From assembly GCA_033762295.1 (NCBI GenBank), contig JANRLW010000022.1, positions 1 through 19,135 on the forward strand: a stretch of 19,135 nucleotides of DNA, written 5' to 3'. This document shows positions 14,783 through 19,135 of this stretch, one piece after another (positions within the stretch are counted from its first letter, which is position 1; each line of letters begins with the position of its first letter). Source of the DNA: Capsulimonadales bacterium (lineage in GTDB: Bacteria > Armatimonadota > Armatimonadia > Armatimonadales > Armatimonadaceae). The translations under genes were made by a program, and so were the position numbers. The notes beneath the pieces were generated by a model that saw only the letters and a program-made list of their open reading frames with translations, was not told the origin of the DNA and ran no database searches.

Positions 14783-14814
14783 CGGGGGTATTTCGGGAAG
14801 TAAGGAGCGCGAAA

Positions 14815-16173
14815 ATGGGCGCGGTGGCGGTGGTCGGGACGCACTGGGGCGACGAAGCGAAAGGCAAATTCGTCGACCTTATCGGGCAGGATGCGGATCT
14901 GGTGATTCGTTACGGCGGCGGTCCGAACGCAGGCCATACGGTGATGGTGGGCGAGGAGACGTATAAGTTCCATCTGATCCCCTCAGGCATTTTGAATCCC
15001 CGTTGTCAGTTGATCATGGCGGACGGCATGGCGCTCGATCCGGCGGTGCTGGTCGGGGAGATCGTGGGTTTGGAGGCGCGGGGGATATCGACGTCCCACC
15101 TGCGAATCTCCCACAACGCCCATGTGATTCTTCCGTACCATCAGCTGCTGGACCGTTTGGAGGAGCAATCCCGCGGTTCGAGCGCGATCGGCACGACGGG
15201 TCGAGGGGTCGGTCCCTGTTACGAGGACAAGGCGGGTCGTCGGGGGATCCGGATGGGCGATCTGATCGATCCGGCGCGTTTACGTTCCCGTCTGGCGGCG
15301 GTATTGCCTCAGAAGAATGCGATTCTGACGCGGGTTTACGGGGCGTCTGCGCTGGATGCGGACGGTTTGCTATCGGAGCTGGAGCCTCTGGCGGCGCGTC
15401 TTGCGCCGTTCGTGACGGACACCACGGCTCTGGCGATGGAGGCTCTGGCGGCGGGGAAGCGGATTCTGTTCGAGGGGGCGCAGGCAACGCTGCTGGACCT
15501 TGACAGCGGGACATATCCTTATGTGACGTCATCGCATCCGGTGGCGGGCGGCGCCTGTCTGGGGACGGGGATTCCGCCGACGGCGATTTCTCAGGTTCTG
15601 GGTGTGGTGAAGGCGTATACGACGCGTGTTGGTTCGGGGACGTTTCCGACGGAGTTGACGGATGCGCGGGGCGAACGGATTCGGGAGCGGGGTCAGGAGT
15701 ACGGGACGACGACGGGTCGTCCGCGGCGTTGCGGCTGGCTGGACGCGGTGGCGTTGCGTTACTCGGCGCGGCTGAACGGATTGACGGGGATCTGTGTGGG
15801 CCACCTGGATGTTCTGGCCGGTTTCGAGTCGGTGGCGATCTGCACGGCGTATCTTCGGAACGGGGTTCGGGTGACGGAGTTTCCGGGCGGGGATGTGAGT
15901 CATCTGGACGGTTGCGAACCGGAGTATGAGTGGCTGCCGGGCTGGTCGGAGACGGATATGGAGCGTGTGCGTGAGTTCGGGGACCTGCCGACGAACGCGC
16001 GGAACTATGTCCGGCGTGTGTCGGAGATTGCGGGCGTTCCGGCGGTACTGGTTTCTATCGGTCCGCGTCGCGATCAGACGCTGGTGGCACCGGATTGTCC
16101 TCCTCCGAGCGCTCTGTTTACGGCGGAAAGGGGCCAACCGATCGTTGGTATGGCCGTCGCTCGTGTGCTATAA
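14815..16173 (+). CDS. purA: Adenylosuccinate synthetase
   Basis: WGDEAKGK, GGPNAGHT, IGTTGRGVGP, FEGAQ..LLDLD.GTYPYVTSS, EYGTTTGRPRRCGW. Confidence 0.99.
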   Translation: MGAVAVVGTHWGDEAKGKFVDLIGQDADLVIRYGGGPNAGHTVMVGEETYKFHLIPSGILNPRCQLIMADGMALDPAVLVGEIVGLEARGISTSHLRISHNAHVILPYHQLLDRLEEQSRGSSAIGTTGRGVGPCYEDKAGRRGIRMGDLIDPARLRSRLAAVLPQKNAILTRVYGASALDADGLLSELEPLAARLAPFVTDTTALAMEALAAGKRILFEGAQATLLDLDSGTYPYVTSSHPVAGGACLGTGIPPTAISQVLGVVKAYTTRVGSGTFPTELTDARGERIRERGQEYGTTTGRPRRCGWLDAVALRYSARLNGLTGICVGHLDVLAGFESVAICTAYLRNGVRVTEFPGGDVSHLDGCEPEYEWLPGWSETDMERVREFGDLPTNARNYVRRVSEIAGVPAVLVSIGPRRDQTLVAPDCPPPSALFTAERGQPIVGMAVARVL

Positions 16174-16174
16174 T
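16145..16174 (+). promoter_or_regulatory. Probable internal promoter for miaA-hfq
   Basis: TTGGTA, 18 nt, TATAAT with extended TG (TGCTATAAT), overlapping the purA stop. Confidence 0.55.
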
Positions 16175-16185
16175 CGGGGGCGGGT

Positions 16186-17184
16186 TTGGCGTTAACGGCG
16201 GAGCGTGAACGGCCGCTGGTGGCGCTGGTGGGTCCGACGGCGGTCGGGAAGACGGCGGTCGGGATCGCGCTGGCGAAGCGGTTGGGGGGCGAGATCATCA
16301 GTGCGGACGCGGTGGCGGTCTACCGTGGTCCGGATATTGGCGCGGCAAAGCCGACGCTGTCGGAGCGTGCGGAGGTTCCGTTTCATCTGATCGACGTGGT
16401 TTCCCCGGCGGAGGACTTTACGGTTACGGATTTTTCCCGTCTGGCAGAGGAGGCGATATCGGCGATTCGCGGGCGTGGTCGGTGGCCGATTGTCGTCGGG
16501 GGGACGGGTTTGTATGTTCGTGCGGTGACGGCGACGTTGACGGTACCGAATGTTCCCCCGCAGCCGGAGATTCGCGCGGAGTTACAGGCGGAGTCGGATG
16601 CGTTCGGTTCCGCGGTTTTGCATGCGCGTCTGGGGGCGATCGATCCGGCGGCGGCGGCGCGTATTTTGCCGGGGGACGCGAAGCGCATCATCCGTGCCCT
16701 GGAGGTGTACCGTGTGACGGGCCGTCCGTTCTCCTCGTTCCATACGCCGGAGGGCGTTCATGGGGTTCCCCGTCCGAACACGTGGCAGTTCGGCCTGCGT
16801 ATGGATCGGTCGCAGTTGTATGCGCGGATCGAGGCGCGGGTGGACGCGATGCTGGCGGCGGGTTTCGAGGACGAGGTTCGTGGTTTGCTGGCGGCGGGTT
16901 TTGATCCGGGTTTGAAGGCGTTACAGAGCCTGGGGTATCGTCATCTGGGGCGTTATGTGCTGGGGGAGACGGATTTCGAGACGGCGGTAACGGAGTTGAA
17001 GCGGGATACGCGTCGTTACGCCCGTCGGCAGATGATCTGGTTTCAGGCTGACCCGAATATCGTCTGGTACGATAGATCGGTTCCGTCGGGAGAGAGGGTT
17101 TCGGCGGGTTCCGGGAGCGGGGACGAGGCCCTTGCGGAGGCGATCGCGGAGCGTTTGACCGGTGGTGCGGGTTATGCGGGATGA
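16186..17184 (+). CDS. miaA: tRNA dimethylallyltransferase
   Basis: GPTAVGKT, EIISADAVAVY, HLID, VGGTGLY, RIIRALEV, TRRYARRQ. Confidence 0.98.
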   Translation: MALTAERERPLVALVGPTAVGKTAVGIALAKRLGGEIISADAVAVYRGPDIGAAKPTLSERAEVPFHLIDVVSPAEDFTVTDFSRLAEEAISAIRGRGRWPIVVGGTGLYVRAVTATLTVPNVPPQPEIRAELQAESDAFGSAVLHARLGAIDPAAAARILPGDAKRIIRALEVYRVTGRPFSSFHTPEGVHGVPRPNTWQFGLRMDRSQLYARIEARVDAMLAAGFEDEVRGLLAAGFDPGLKALQSLGYRHLGRYVLGETDFETAVTELKRDTRRYARRQMIWFQADPNIVWYDRSVPSGERVSAGSGSGDEALAEAIAERLTGGAGYAG

Positions 17185-17248
17185 AGGTGCGAAAAGATAC
17201 GGAAAGTATGAGAGAAGTGCAGGAATGATCGAAGGAAGGACAACTCGA

Positions 17249-17542
17249 ATGAACAAACCGCAGGTGAATTTGCAGGATACGTTTCTGAACGCGGTCCGCA
17301 AGGAGAATATCGCTGTCACGATCTACTTGATCAACAGCGTGCAGTTGCGCGGGCATGTGCGCGGCTTCGACACGTTTACGATTCTTCTGGAGTCACCGGG
17401 TCGCCCGACGCAGCTGGTGTACAAGAGTGCGATCACGAGTATTGTGCCGATGCGACCGGTCCATCTCCGTGAGTTAGGCGAGCCTCAGGCTCCGAAGGCG
17501 CCGCCGGAGGAGGTTCCGGCGGCGGAACCGGCGGGCCAGTAA
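17249..17542 (+). CDS. hfq: RNA chaperone Hfq
   Basis: MNKPQVNLQDTFLNAVRKE, VTIYLINSVQLRG, FDTFTILL, QLVYKSAITSI; conserved miaA-hfq synteny. Confidence 0.97.
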   Translation: MNKPQVNLQDTFLNAVRKENIAVTIYLINSVQLRGHVRGFDTFTILLESPGRPTQLVYKSAITSIVPMRPVHLRELGEPQAPKAPPEEVPAAEPAGQ

Positions 17543-17636
17543 CTCGTTCGGCAGGGCGTTCCCGGAGGGGTCCGGGAGCGTTCCTCCCGATGACGGCGCG
17601 ATTAAGCGGTTAAGAGCGGTTAAGAAGCGGGCATCT

Positions 17637-18482
17637 ATGACATTGGATTTCACGAAAATGCACGGCCTCGGCAACGACTTCGTGGTGGTCGACGGTCTGG
17701 CTCCGGGATCGCCTTCGGTGGAATCGTTGATTCCGCATCTTCCGTTGATCGGGGACCGTCGTTTCGGGGTTGGTTTCGACCAGTTTCTGGTGGTGCTTCC
17801 TTCCGAGGCGGCGGATTTCACGATGCGTATCTTCAATCCGGACGGTTCGGAGGCGGAGATGTGCGGAAACGGTATCCGGGCGTTTGCGAAGTTCGTTTAC
17901 GACCGGGGGTATACGTCGAAGTCGGAGATATCGGTGTCGACGCTCGGCGGCGTGAAGTATCTGGCGCTGGAAACGGAAGCGGGGAAAGTGACGCGGGTTC
18001 GGGTGGATATGGGTGAGCCGGGTTTACAGCGTTCGGACCTGCCGATGACGGGCGAGTCCGGTCCGGTGACGGATGAGCCGCTGTACGTTCAGGGTGAGGT
18101 GGTACGTATAACGGGGGTTTCGATGGGGAACCCGCACGTGGTGTTTTTCTCGGACAATGCAACAGAGGAATTGATCAATCGTCTCGGCCCTCTTCTGGAG
18201 AATCACGAACATTTTCCTCGCCGTACGAATGTCCATCTGGTTCAGGTCGTGTCGTCGGAGGAGATCCGGGTTTTGACCTGGGAGCGTGGCGCGGGCCGGA
18301 CGCTGGCCTGCGGGACCGGGGCATGCGCTTCGGTGGTGGCGTCGCATGTGAACGGCCGGATCGGTCGTCGCGCGACGGTGCATCTGCTGGGCGGCGACCT
18401 TTTGATCGACTGGGCGGCGGATAATCATGTTTACATGACCGGTCCGGCGACCGAGGTATTTTCGGCGAGGATGGAATGGTAA
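17637..18482 (+). CDS. dapF: Diaminopimelate epimerase
   Basis: FTKMHGLGNDF, NPDGSEAEMCGNGIR, SMGNPHVV, WERGAGRTLACGTGACA. Confidence 0.99.
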   Translation: MTLDFTKMHGLGNDFVVVDGLAPGSPSVESLIPHLPLIGDRRFGVGFDQFLVVLPSEAADFTMRIFNPDGSEAEMCGNGIRAFAKFVYDRGYTSKSEISVSTLGGVKYLALETEAGKVTRVRVDMGEPGLQRSDLPMTGESGPVTDEPLYVQGEVVRITGVSMGNPHVVFFSDNATEELINRLGPLLENHEHFPRRTNVHLVQVVSSEEIRVLTWERGAGRTLACGTGACASVVASHVNGRIGRRATVHLLGGDLLIDWAADNHVYMTGPATEVFSARMEW

Positions 18483-18552
18483 CGGGAAGTCGTTTCGGAA
18501 GAAGGACTTGACGCTTTGTTGTGGAAATGGAAAACGTAGAAAAGACACTACC

Positions 18553-19135
18553 ATGATACACGAGGCGAATTCGGCGGCACCTGTCGAGAGCAACGGTACG
18601 ACCGGCGATAACGTCGTGGTTACGGAGTCGGCGAGCGGGATCAGCGGCGTAACGGTGAAGGGTTGGCGGAACGGTTTGTTGCTGATTCTGCCCCCGGACG
18701 GGACCTGGGACAGCGTCATGCAGCAGGTCCATACGAAACTGGATGAGGCGAAGGCGCGATCGTTCTGGCGTGGTTCGCAAACGACGATCGATTGCGGGAT
18801 GCGGGTGGTCCCGCGTCCGGAGTTGTCCTCGCTGACGGACTTTATCAAGCGGGCGTTCGGTCTGGTACCGGTGGCGGTGGTAGCGTCGGACGAAGGTACC
18901 CGGGCGGCGGGTCAGCAGCTGGGTCTGGCACCTTATTCGGAGTTACCGATCGTTCGAAAGCCGGCCCGGGTCACGGAGCCGGAGCCGGAGCGGGAACCGG
19001 AGCGGGACGTTGCCGAGAAGGAATCGAGCGTTGCGCGTTCACCGTATTTCCCCAACAATGCGCTGTACGTTCCGAACACGTTGCGTTCGGGTCAGCGTGT
19101 GATGCACGACGGCCACCTGATCATCTGCGGCGATG
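18553..19135 (+). CDS. minC: Septum site-determining protein MinC (3' truncated by the window; not in the ORF track)
   Basis: Manual translation: MIHEANS...VTVKGWRNGLLLIL...ALYVPNTLRSGQRVMHDGHLIICGD (MinC TLRSGQ...GD motif). Confidence 0.9.
   Translation, partial: MIHEANSAAPVESNGTTGDNVVVTESASGISGVTVKGWRNGLLLILPPDGTWDSVMQQVHTKLDEAKARSFWRGSQTTIDCGMRVVPRPELSSLTDFIKRAFGLVPVAVVASDEGTRAAGQQLGLAPYSELPIVRKPARVTEPEPEREPERDVAEKESSVARSPYFPNNALYVPNTLRSGQRVMHDGHLIICGD

Overview
GC-rich bacterial window, most plausibly Armatimonadota (inferred from the Rhs core style and the '[16 protein letters not shown]' prepilin/H-X9-DG protein). 1-4034 is a lower-GC Rhs polymorphic-toxin orphan-cassette array: a truncated first ORF, a double-domain aspartyl protease, two toxin C-terminus (CT)/immunity pairs and an empty core remnant. 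4.1-10.6 kb holds accessory genes: an FGE-family protein, a clan AA aspartic protease with a small partner, a double Zn-ribbon/RHH-like protein, a secreted esterase, a 5x32-bp palindromic tandem repeat, an M55 peptidase, a lipoprotein and a prepilin-type protein. 10.8-14.1 kb (- strand) is a Cascade-only type I-C operon in the non-canonical order cas8c-cas5-cas7. It has a near-consensus sigma70 promoter, and the window contains no cas3/1/2/4 and no CRISPR array. The main finding is a solitary, loop-expanded type I-C CRISPR-repeat-like sequence (12404-12449) built into the cas8c/cas5 junction. It carries the cas5 RBS, the cas5 ATG and the cas8c stop, and the predicted Cas5d cut falls directly after that ATG. 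The right end is housekeeping: EVE, purA, miaA, hfq, dapF, minC (partial).
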